From NCBI GenBank assembly GCA_963809485.1, contig CAWEJX010000020.1:224001-288000 (forward strand): a stretch of 64,000 nt of DNA. The letters are read 5' to 3'. The number at the start of each line of letters is the position of its first letter. Position 1 is the stretch's first letter. The notes under the pieces are model-generated. The model saw nothing but the letters and a program-made list of their open reading frames with translations. It was not told the DNA's origin and searched no databases. Positions 25,972-34,907 of this stretch are shown one piece after another. Position numbers and translations under genes: made by a program. This stretch comes from an uncultured Acidobacteriota bacterium. Its GTDB lineage: Bacteria; Acidobacteriota; UBA6911.

Positions 25972-27702
25972 ATGCCATCTCAAATCGGCGAACTGCTGCT
26001 GAAGGAAAACTACATAACGGCTGAACAGCTGGAAACTGCTTTGCAGGCTCAGCGCCAGCACGGCGGCCGCCTCGGCTCGATTCTCATCAACCTGGGTTTC
26101 GTTGAAGATGACGACATCACCTCGCTTCTCAGCAGGAAGTACGGGGTTCCCTCCATCAACCTCTCCTACTTTGAGATTGATCCGGCGGTCATAAAGCTCA
26201 TTCCCATGGAAGTGGCTCAGAAGTACACCGTGGTACCCCTGAGCCGCGTCGGCAACACCCTGACCATTGCCAGCGCCGATCCCACCAATGTTTTTGTCAT
26301 GGACGACATCAAGTTCATGACCGGGTTCAACATCGAGCCGGTTGTGGCCAGCGAAGCTTCCATACTGGAAGCCCTCGAGAAATACTATGGAACGCAGCAT
26401 TCGATTGAGCTGAAAAAAGTCTACGAGGAAATCGCCCAGAACGACAAGGAAAGCGTCGAACTCGATCTGGACGCAAGCTCCGATGAAGAGGAGCTTTCAC
26501 TGGATGAGCTGCAGCGATCGAGCGAGGAAGCCCCGATCATCAAGCTGGTGAACCTTATCCTGTCGGACTCCTTGAAAAAAGGCGCGAGCGACATTCACTT
26601 GGAGCCCTATGAGAAGGATTTCAGGGTGCGTTTTCGGATAGACGGAATTTTATACAACATGATGAATGTGCCTCTGCGCCTCCGGGATGCCATAACCTCG
26701 CGCATCAAGATCATGTCCAAATTGGACATATCCGAGAAGCGGCTTCCGCAGGATGGAAGAATCAAAATCCGGACGACGTTTGAAGGAAAGAAAAAGGAGC
26801 TCGACTACCGCGTTTCCACACTCCCGACATTGTTCGGCGAAAAGATCGTGATGCGCATCCTGGACCGGGACAACCTGCCGCTGGATATGAGCAAGCTGGG
26901 ATTCGAGGAATCCTCATTAAAAAAAGTTGAAGCTGCCATTCTCAAGCCCTACGGGATGGTGCTGGTCACGGGCCCTACGGGCAGCGGCAAGACCTCAACC
27001 CTCTATTCGGCGCTGAACCGTCTGAATACCACGGAGACCAACATAATGACCGCTGAAGACCCGGTGGAATATAACTTCCGGGGAATCAACCAGGTTCAGA
27101 TCAAGGAACAGATCGGCCTGACGTTTGCCGCCGCCCTCCGGTCATTCCTGAGGCAGGATCCCAACATCATCCTTGTCGGGGAAATCCGCGACTTTGAAAC
27201 AACGGAGATCGCCATCAAGGCCGCGCTCACAGGACACCTGGTGCTCTCCAGCGTTCACACCAACGACGCCCCTTCGACCATCTCCCGTCTTTTAAACATG
27301 GGAATCGAGCCGTTCCTGGTCGCAACCTCCGTGCATCTGATCTGCGCCCAGCGCTTGATCCGCAAGATCTGCAAGGAATGCAAAACGGAGGTGAAAACTC
27401 CGCTGCAGGCCCTCGTGAATGCGGGCTTTTCGCCGGAGGAAGCCAAGGGTATCCAGACGTTTAAGGGTGAGGGCTGCAAGACCTGTAACGGAACCGGCTA
27501 CAAGGGCCGGATCGGCATGTACGAAGTCATGGAAATCGGCGAGGCCATCCAGGAGTTGATCCTGGTGGGCGCTTCCGCCCGCGAAATCCGGCGTAAAGCA
27601 GTGGAGGAAGGGATGCTGACTCTCCGCCAGAGCGGTTTGACGAAGATCAAAGCAGGAGCGACGACGCTCGACGAGGTTTTGAGAGAGACAGTACTGAATT
27701 AG
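25972..27702 (+). CDS. pilB: Type IV-A pilus assembly ATPase PilB
   Basis: MshEN-like N-terminus, GPTGSGKT, FLRQDPNII, two CxxC motifs. Confidence 0.95.
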   Translation: MPSQIGELLLKENYITAEQLETALQAQRQHGGRLGSILINLGFVEDDDITSLLSRKYGVPSINLSYFEIDPAVIKLIPMEVAQKYTVVPLSRVGNTLTIASADPTNVFVMDDIKFMTGFNIEPVVASEASILEALEKYYGTQHSIELKKVYEEIAQNDKESVELDLDASSDEEELSLDELQRSSEEAPIIKLVNLILSDSLKKGASDIHLEPYEKDFRVRFRIDGILYNMMNVPLRLRDAITSRIKIMSKLDISEKRLPQDGRIKIRTTFEGKKKELDYRVSTLPTLFGEKIVMRILDRDNLPLDMSKLGFEESSLKKVEAAILKPYGMVLVTGPTGSGKTSTLYSALNRLNTTETNIMTAEDPVEYNFRGINQVQIKEQIGLTFAAALRSFLRQDPNIILVGEIRDFETTEIAIKAALTGHLVLSSVHTNDAPSTISRLLNMGIEPFLVATSVHLICAQRLIRKICKECKTEVKTPLQALVNAGFSPEEAKGIQTFKGEGCKTCNGTGYKGRIGMYEVMEIGEAIQELILVGASAREIRRKAVEEGMLTLRQSGLTKIKAGATTLDEVLRETVLN

Positions 27703-27774
27703 GCCGCCCATATATTCCCGGCGCCGGGGGCCGGGATTCCGGGGCGGTCGGCACAAAGATCAAGGAGACGACCG

Positions 27775-28908
27775 ATGAGCACTTTGCCTGAGATGCTTCA
27801 GAAAACGATTCAGTCCGGAGCATCCGATCTCCATCTCACTACGGGAACGCCCGCACAGATACGCGTAGACGGCCAGCTGCATCCTATCGATCAGCAGGTC
27901 CTGACTGCGGGGGACACCAAGAGGCTTGCATACAGCGTGATGACCGACGGCCAGAAGCACGCCTTCGAAGAAAAGTGGGAGATCGACTTCTCCTTCGGCA
28001 TCAAAGACCTTTGCCGTTTCCGAGCCAATGTGTTTACACAGCGCGGATCGGTCGGCGCGGTTTTCCGCGTTATTCCTTTCGAGGTCAAAGGCTTCGAGAG
28101 CCTGAACCTGCCTCCCGTGGTGGAGCAGCTGTGTGAAAAGCCGCGGGGCCTGATCCTGGTCACGGGGCCGACCGGTAGTGGAAAATCCACGACGCTTGCC
28201 GCCATGATCGACAAAATCAACCGGGAGCGGCACGAACACATCCTGACGATTGAGGATCCTATCGAGTTCATTCATTCTCACAAAAGCTGCATTGTCAATC
28301 AGCGGGAGGTCAGCTCCGACACTCATTCGTTTTCCGACGCCCTGCGCGTCGCCCTGCGCGAGGATCCGGACGTGGTGCTGATCGGAGAAATGCGAGACCT
28401 GGAAACGGTGGAATCCGCCCTGCGCATTGCCGAAACGGGCCACCTTACGCTTGCCACGCTTCACACCAACAGCGCGGCGACCACCATAAACCGTATCGTG
28501 GACATCTTCCCGTCCGGCCAGCAGCCCCAGATCCGGGCGCAGCTGAGCATGGTCCTGGAAGGCATCCTCTGCCAGTCGCTCATTCCCAGAGCCAGCGGGT
28601 CCGGCCGCTGCATGGCCATGGAGATACTCATCCCGACCACCGCCGTCCGCAACCTGATTCGCGAGGACAAGATTCACCAGATATACAGCCAGATGCAAAC
28701 CGGACAGGAAAAGCACGGAATGCAGACCTTCAACCAGTCGCTTTCTCAACTGGTCCTGACAAAACAGATCTCCACGGAAAACGCACTCGCCAAATCGTCC
28801 AATGTCGAGGAGCTTCAGGATCTCATCCAAAGGGGAGTCGGCCTTAACTTTCAAGCAGCCGCTCAGCGCATGCAGCGCATGGAGCATGTCGGCGGCATGC
28901 GGCGCTGA
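27775..28908 (+). CDS. pilT: Type IV pilus retraction ATPase PilT
   Basis: GPTGSGKSTT, ALREDPD, AVRNLIRE and GMQT motifs. Confidence 0.95.
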   Translation: MSTLPEMLQKTIQSGASDLHLTTGTPAQIRVDGQLHPIDQQVLTAGDTKRLAYSVMTDGQKHAFEEKWEIDFSFGIKDLCRFRANVFTQRGSVGAVFRVIPFEVKGFESLNLPPVVEQLCEKPRGLILVTGPTGSGKSTTLAAMIDKINRERHEHILTIEDPIEFIHSHKSCIVNQREVSSDTHSFSDALRVALREDPDVVLIGEMRDLETVESALRIAETGHLTLATLHTNSAATTINRIVDIFPSGQQPQIRAQLSMVLEGILCQSLIPRASGSGRCMAMEILIPTTAVRNLIREDKIHQIYSQMQTGQEKHGMQTFNQSLSQLVLTKQISTENALAKSSNVEELQDLIQRGVGLNFQAAAQRMQRMEHVGGMRR

Positions 28909-28925
28909 CCAGAAAGGGTGCTTTT

Positions 28926-30137
28926 ATGCCAGTTTACGTTTTTCGAGGGCGCAACATCCGGACCAATGAAAGCATCTCGGGGGAACGCTTTGCCAACACC
29001 CCGCAGGCGCTGTCGGCCGTATTGCGCCGCGAGCAGATAGCTCCTGCGTCGATCAAGGAAAAAACAGCCGCCAAAACGGGTTTTTCTTTCAAGAAAAAGG
29101 TGTCCCAATCCGAGGTGGCGATTTTTACCCGCCAATTTTCGGTCATGCTGGACGCAGGGCTCCCCTTGATGCAGGCGATCGATGCCATTGCCCAGCAGCA
29201 TTCGAATGCGGCATTCAAATCCATCCTGCAGCAGATAAGGGACGATGTGGAGGCCGGGTCTACCCTGTCTGCCGCAATGGGCAAGCATCCCAAGGTGTTC
29301 GATACCCTGTACACCAACATGGTCGCAGCCGGTGAAACCGGCGGCATCCTGGACACGATCCTTCAGCGTCTGACCTCCCACATCGAGAAGATGGTGAAGC
29401 TGAAGAAAGCCCTTCGCTCGGCGCTGATTTATCCGTCAACTATTCTCACAGTGGCCGTAAGCGTCGTTGCTATTATCCTGTGGAAGGTAATCCCGGTTTT
29501 CAGCACCCTTTTCGAAGGATTCAATGTCGAGCTTCCGTTGCTTACACGCGTCGTGATCTCCCTTTCGCACATTGTCGAGAAGTTCATGATTCCCTGCCTG
29601 GTGATCCTCGGGCTGGGCATTTTCGGGCTGCACAGCTATTACAAGACCGACAAAGGAAGACACATCATAGACCGCCTGATGCTGAAGCTGCCTGTTCTCG
29701 GGGATGTCCTGCGCAAAATCGGGGTTGCGCGCTTCACGCGCACCCTGGCCACCATGCTGTCCAGCGGCGTTGCCATCCTCGAAGGCCTGACCATTACGGG
29801 CAAGACCGCAGGCAATGCCATTCTTGAGGATGCGATCTATCAGTTGCGGGAGCGCATCGAAGGGGGAGGAACCATGGCCGAACCGATGAGGCAGTCCGGC
29901 TTCTTCCCGCCGATGGTAACCCAGATGGTCTCCGTGGGAGAGTCCACGGGAGAGATGGATACCATGCTCACCAAGGTCGCCGATTACTACGAGGAGGAGG
30001 TGGACGAGGTCATGAAGAACCTCATGACCATTCTCGAGCCCCTTCTGATGATATTCCTGGGCGTGGTAGTGGGAGGCATCGTTATTGCAATGTACCTGCC
30101 GCTGTTCAAGCTCATTCGCGTACTGTCCGGCGGCTAG
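28926..30137 (+). CDS. pilC: Type IV pilus platform protein PilC (GspF family)
   Basis: FTRQFSVMLDAG, AGETGG and MYLPLF motifs. Confidence 0.94.
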   Translation: MPVYVFRGRNIRTNESISGERFANTPQALSAVLRREQIAPASIKEKTAAKTGFSFKKKVSQSEVAIFTRQFSVMLDAGLPLMQAIDAIAQQHSNAAFKSILQQIRDDVEAGSTLSAAMGKHPKVFDTLYTNMVAAGETGGILDTILQRLTSHIEKMVKLKKALRSALIYPSTILTVAVSVVAIILWKVIPVFSTLFEGFNVELPLLTRVVISLSHIVEKFMIPCLVILGLGIFGLHSYYKTDKGRHIIDRLMLKLPVLGDVLRKIGVARFTRTLATMLSSGVAILEGLTITGKTAGNAILEDAIYQLRERIEGGGTMAEPMRQSGFFPPMVTQMVSVGESTGEMDTMLTKVADYYEEEVDEVMKNLMTILEPLLMIFLGVVVGGIVIAMYLPLFKLIRVLSGG

Positions 30138-30213
30138 TTGCGAGTCGCAGCGTCTTCGGGTCCGGGAGTCCCGCCGGGAGTCCCGGACCTGAAGCCTTCA
30201 GGCCTTTTCGACT

Positions 30214-31890
30214 ATGGTTTTTCATCAGCCAAAAGATCTCCGGCGCCGTCTGCTCGAGCTTATCATCTTCCGCGCATTCGTCCTGCTGCTGGGATTGAAC
30301 GTGGCCGACCGGCTGCAACTTCTGCCGGCACAGCTGGGACGGTTCGCCTTCCTGGCATTCTTCAATTATCTCACCCTCGTGCTGACCGCCGCATGTCTGC
30401 TGATCTGGTGGGTGCACCGGCATGAGATTTTTCAGCTTTATCTTCAGGTCGGCGCCGATCTGATCCTCACCACGGCGCTGGTTGCATATACCCGGGCCCT
30501 TGAAAGCCCTTTCGTATCCTTTTACGTTCTCATCATTATTTACTGCAGCCTGACACTCGGGCACAACGGAGGGAGGGTCGGCGCAGCCCTCAGCACGATA
30601 CTGTATGCAGGAATCCTTATCGCCGACCGACTGGGCTTCATCAGTTTTTACGGTACCGAACTCAGTTCGCAGCAGGCCACCTTCCGCATCGCGGCGCATG
30701 CTCTCGGCTTCTGGGCCGTCGCCTACCTGGGTACCTATCTCCATCAGCGCCTCCAGGCCATGGAGCATCAGCTCCGGGAGAAGATCGACTCGCTAACCGA
30801 GCTTCAATGGCTCAATGAGCACATTGTGCGAAGCATACGCAGCGGACTGATCACCACCGACCTCGAGGGGCGCATTGCGGTTTTCAACGCCGCCGCCGGA
30901 GAGCTCACAGCCAGGGATCCCGAAGAAATGATCGGGCAGCCGCTGCAGCGGCTCCTGGGAGAGGATTTATGGGGCCGGATTCTGGACGCCGACCTGTGCA
31001 GGAACGCAAAGGCCTTGCGCCACGAACAATGGCATGACATCGAGGGCGGCAGGCGATACTTCGGCTTCAGCGTGTCTCCCCTTCTGGATAAGGATGAAAA
31101 GCTGCTGGGATACATCATCTCCTTCCAGGACCTGACAGAAATCAGGCGGCTGGAGGAAGAGGTGCGCCTGAAAGACAGGATGGCTGCAGTCGGCAGGATG
31201 GCCGCGGGGATCGCTCACGAAATACGCAATCCCTTAACCGCAATGCAGGGTTCGGTGGAAATTTTGCGCGACCATGCCAGCCTGCCCAAAGCGGATGAGC
31301 GGCTATTGGAAATCCTGCTCCGGGAAAGCGACCGCTTGAATAAATTCGTCGGAAACTTCCTGAATTTCGCCCGTCCGGGGAAGTACGCCCGGCAGCCTCT
31401 GGACCTGGTTCCCGTTCTCAAAGACTCCGTGTTGCTGCTGAAGAACAGCCCCGAATTGCGCGATAAGTATTCTGTTGTGCTGCACAGTGAGGCTCATTCC
31501 ATCCGGATCCTTGGGAATGCCGACCAGCTCAACCAGGTTTTCTGGAATCTCGCGCAAAACGCCATTCGCGCCATGCCTCAGGGGGGAGAGTTGGAGATAA
31601 GCATTCGCAGAACACCCGAGGGCGGCGGGCAGATCCTTTTCAGGGACAGCGGTGTTGGCATGAACCGGGAGGAAATAAATCAGATCTTTCAGCCTTTCCA
31701 TTCGGGATTTTCCGGCGGGCTCGGGCTGGGGATGACCGTTGTGTTTCAAATTATGGAAGATCACCAGGGAAAGATCTCCTGCGAAAGCCAACCCGGCAAA
31801 GGAACAATTATCAGCCTGTCGTTTCCTCCGGAAACTCAGGCGGCAGCGTCCGGCGAAACGGAATTCGTTTACGCAGAGGCGGAGAGGTAA
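30214..31890 (+). CDS. pilS: PilS-like sensor histidine kinase
   Basis: Multi-TM N-terminus, PAS, AHEIRNPL; located in the pil locus. Confidence 0.87.
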   Translation: MVFHQPKDLRRRLLELIIFRAFVLLLGLNVADRLQLLPAQLGRFAFLAFFNYLTLVLTAACLLIWWVHRHEIFQLYLQVGADLILTTALVAYTRALESPFVSFYVLIIIYCSLTLGHNGGRVGAALSTILYAGILIADRLGFISFYGTELSSQQATFRIAAHALGFWAVAYLGTYLHQRLQAMEHQLREKIDSLTELQWLNEHIVRSIRSGLITTDLEGRIAVFNAAAGELTARDPEEMIGQPLQRLLGEDLWGRILDADLCRNAKALRHEQWHDIEGGRRYFGFSVSPLLDKDEKLLGYIISFQDLTEIRRLEEEVRLKDRMAAVGRMAAGIAHEIRNPLTAMQGSVEILRDHASLPKADERLLEILLRESDRLNKFVGNFLNFARPGKYARQPLDLVPVLKDSVLLLKNSPELRDKYSVVLHSEAHSIRILGNADQLNQVFWNLAQNAIRAMPQGGELEISIRRTPEGGGQILFRDSGVGMNREEINQIFQPFHSGFSGGLGLGMTVVFQIMEDHQGKISCESQPGKGTIISLSFPPETQAAASGETEFVYAEAER

Positions 31891-31902
31891 GGGAGAAGGG
31901 GC

Positions 31903-33300
31903 ATGCCGGTCATCCTGATTGTTGACGACGAGCCAAACATCATCGAGGTTCTGGAAATAGTCTTGCAGGGTGAGGGCATGGATGTGCTCAAATCCGCCTC
32001 CGGCCGCGAGGCGCTCGCCATCCTGCGCAAACAGAATGTGGATCTCGTCATATCCGATATCAGGATGCCGGATCTTTCTGGCGTCGAACTGCTGCGGGAA
32101 GCCAAAGCGTTTGCACCCGAGACTGTTTTCATAATGATCACGGCATTCGCGAGCACCGAGACGGCCATCGAGGCTCTGCAGCATGGCGCGTTTGATTACA
32201 TCACCAAGCCCTTTAAAATGGATGACCTGCGCGCCATCGTCCATCGCGCTTTCGAGAAAAAGCTGAGCCGCAAGCCTCAGGCCGCCGCGGAACCGGGCAG
32301 TGCGGAAGCCCGCCAGGGTCAAAAGCTGTTTCAGGCGCTGCACCAGAGCCATGTTGTGGGCAAAAGCCCAAAAATGGTTGAGGTCTACCGGACCATAGGG
32401 ACCGTGGCCGGGGGAGACAGCACCATCCTGATCACCGGCGAAAGCGGGACGGGGAAGGAGCTCATCGCGCGCGCTATCCATGAGGTCTCGGAGAGGCGGG
32501 AAAAACCTTTTGTATCGATCAACTGCAGCGCGTTCCCGGAGACGCTGCTGGAAAGCGAGCTGTTCGGATATATGAAGGGGGCGTTTACGGGCGCCGCCAC
32601 GAATAAAAAGGGTCTTTTTGAAACGGCTGACGGCGGATCGATCTTCCTCGATGAAATTGGAGATATGACTGCGGCCATGCAGGTGAAGCTGCTGCGCGTT
32701 CTCCAGGAAAGGCGTCTGCGGCCCCTGGGAGGCACCCACGAAGTGCCGATTGACGTGCGGGTCATCGCCGCCACCAACCAGGACCTCCAGTCGCGCATTC
32801 AGGATGGGCTGTTTCGCGAGGATCTGTACTACAGGATTGCCGTCATCAGCATTCATCTTCCCGCACTGCGGGAGAGGCCCGAGGACATCGCCCTGCTGGC
32901 GTTTTATTTTCTCCGTCAATACGCTCAGAAGGCCGGCAAAAATATAGCCGGCATATCCCCGGAAGCGCTTCGCTGTCTGGAAAGCTACAGATGGCCGGGA
33001 AATGTCCGGCAGCTGGAAAACACGCTTGAGCGGGCAGTGGCCCTGGAAACGAGCGCAACCATCCAGCTGGACAGGCTGCCGGAGACAGTCCGAAACCAGA
33101 CGGAGCCGGCGGGCCCAGCGACGTTTGCGCTGCCGGAAGGCCCTTTCGACCTTGAAGAGTTTCTCGCGCGGGTGGAAAGCGATCTCATCGGTCAGGCCCT
33201 GAGGCAGTCGGACGGCAATCAGACCGTAACCGCCCAACGTCTCAAACTGACCAAGGGATCCCTGCGGCATAAACTCCAGTCGCTTCAAATTAAAATCTAG
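31903..33300 (+). CDS. pilR: PilR-like sigma54-dependent response regulator
   Basis: Receiver, GESGTGKE, GAFTGA, HTH; upstream of the pilin gene. Confidence 0.88.
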   Translation: MPVILIVDDEPNIIEVLEIVLQGEGMDVLKSASGREALAILRKQNVDLVISDIRMPDLSGVELLREAKAFAPETVFIMITAFASTETAIEALQHGAFDYITKPFKMDDLRAIVHRAFEKKLSRKPQAAAEPGSAEARQGQKLFQALHQSHVVGKSPKMVEVYRTIGTVAGGDSTILITGESGTGKELIARAIHEVSERREKPFVSINCSAFPETLLESELFGYMKGAFTGAATNKKGLFETADGGSIFLDEIGDMTAAMQVKLLRVLQERRLRPLGGTHEVPIDVRVIAATNQDLQSRIQDGLFREDLYYRIAVISIHLPALRERPEDIALLAFYFLRQYAQKAGKNIAGISPEALRCLESYRWPGNVRQLENTLERAVALETSATIQLDRLPETVRNQTEPAGPATFALPEGPFDLEEFLARVESDLIGQALRQSDGNQTVTAQRLKLTKGSLRHKLQSLQIKI

Positions 33301-33706
33301 CCAAGGGGCCTCGCTCCTTGAAATCCCCTCGCGCGCAGGTTTCAGTGGAATCCGAAACTATCACAGCGTGCTCGGGGATTTACAGGTCAGGAGCCAGAAG
33401 TCAGAATAAATGCCCTTCAGTTTTTAACTGGGAATTCTAAACTGGGAACTGAATTTCCCAAACTATTCAGACAAACAATTTTCTGAGTAAGTATCCCAAA
33501 AAAATCTTGGCACTTTTTCCCCTGCGCTCATTGATTTCAATGAGCTCGGAGGCGTGCGGCTACGACCTGAAACGGAACCCGGAAAGCCCGCCAGGATGAA
33601 TATCAGGGATTGGCGCGGGCGGCCATCCAAGACAATTTCGAAATACGTTACAGAGCAAAATGGCGGGGAGAAATCCAAAATCGATGAACTGGGATTTTGC
33701 GAAGCA

Positions 33707-33814
33707 AAGTGCTGAATTCCAGCACTTGAGGTGCTGAAAACAGACAAAAACTTGACACTCTGTCGGGAATGACACGTTGCGAGTCTTGGATCAATTTACC
33801 CTAACTGATTGAAT
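33707..33814. promoter_or_regulatory. Putative PilR UAS and IHF site for pilA
   Basis: Dyads AAGTGCTG-AATTC-CAGCACTT (33707-33727) and CTGTC-N6-GACAC (33760-33775); minus-strand ATTCAATCAGTTA (33802-33814) close to the IHF consensus. Confidence 0.55.
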
Positions 33815-33854
33815 TATTTTAGTTTAAATATTTATCCCAATCTATCGATGGGTT

Positions 33855-33870
33855 TGGCACGCTACTTGCA
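33855..33870 (+). promoter_or_regulatory. sigma54 promoter of pilA
   Basis: TGGCACGCTACTTGCA is the canonical TGGCAC-N5-TTGCA, 58 bp upstream of ATG. Confidence 0.9.
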
Positions 33871-33927
33871 TTATGCCTTACCGGTCTGCAATGAATTAAA
33901 CCAAATAACGGAGAGGAGAGGAAGTAG

Positions 33928-34440
33928 ATGAAAAAGGAACAGGGCTTTTCACTTATCGAGCTTTTGATTGTGGTGGCGATCATTGCCATCATCGCGGCGA
34001 TCGCGGTCCCGAGCATGCTTACCTCCAGGATGGCGGCCAATGAGGCCGGCGCCATTCAGGGCTGCCGCACCATCGGCTCCGCCGAAGTTGCCTATGCTGC
34101 AGTCAACAACCAGATGTACACCGATCTCACCACGTTGACCGATACGAGCAACGGCGGGTTCCTGGACGAGCGCTACAACAGTGCCTTTAATGGTTACCAC
34201 TATTCGGCGCTTGACACTGTCACCGGCGCTCCCGCTGCTGCATCTGCAGCGCTGCCCGACGGTTTCGGATTCCAGGCTCAGCCGAATACCGCAGACTCAA
34301 CCGGACGCTATGATTACGGTATTGCCGGGGACCAGGTAGTTCGCTACCTGGCGGTTTCCGGAGATGCCGATGCCCCCAAGTGCGGCACCGCGGATTGCGA
34401 AGCCGGCGACCCGATCGGAACGCAGTCTACCGGAAGCTAG
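33928..34440 (+). CDS. pilA: Type IV major pilin
   Basis: Class III signal peptide MKKEQG|FSLIELLIVVAII; C-terminal Cys pair; strong RBS. Confidence 0.93.
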   Translation: MKKEQGFSLIELLIVVAIIAIIAAIAVPSMLTSRMAANEAGAIQGCRTIGSAEVAYAAVNNQMYTDLTTLTDTSNGGFLDERYNSAFNGYHYSALDTVTGAPAAASAALPDGFGFQAQPNTADSTGRYDYGIAGDQVVRYLAVSGDADAPKCGTADCEAGDPIGTQSTGS

Positions 34441-34486
34441 ACCTAATCTTCTGCATACAGCACACGTCCACACATGGTTTCATCAG

Positions 34487-34523
34487 GGCGGCTCGGGCTT
34501 CCGGGCCGCCTTTGCTTTTTTTT
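34487..34523 (+). terminator. Intrinsic terminator after pilA
   Basis: GGCGGCTCGG-GCTT-CCGGGCCGCC hairpin followed by TTTGCTTTTTTTT. Confidence 0.8.
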
Positions 34524-34735
34524 CAGCCTGTACTCAGCCTGCGTTTCCGGCCGTATCTTCAAGGTGATGCCACGCAGACGGGCATCAACAGGATTTTCTT
34601 TTCTCCCGTGAGCGGCAAAAATTCCTTTCCGCGCATAGCAGACGCCATCATAATGGAGCCGCCGATCTCTGGCACGGCGATATCTTATAGGGAATTGCGG
34701 CAACTGCATCCATGGAAAGGCGGGAACCCGCACGA

Positions 34736-34907
34736 GTCAGGTACCTCCGGCAAAGCCGGAGACTTGAAAGATTTGAACCGCTCAAAGCGGTTGGAGGAGT
34801 TACGCCGTTCTTGAACGCTGACTTACGCGTTTCTCAGCGTTTCAAAATACGGAGCTGTCAAACTCTTTGAGCCCCCCGGCAGAGCCGGGGGTTTACCAAT
34901 GTAATTA
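34736..34907 (-). mobile_element. Non-autonomous IS200/IS605-like palindromic element, copy 3 (172 bp, minimal form)
   Basis: Both terminal hairpins present; GTCAGGTACC...GTTTACCAATGTAATTA. Confidence 0.87.

Noticed and set aside
31303-33288. 661-aa minus-strand ORF
   Set aside because: Antisense shadow of pilS/pilR.
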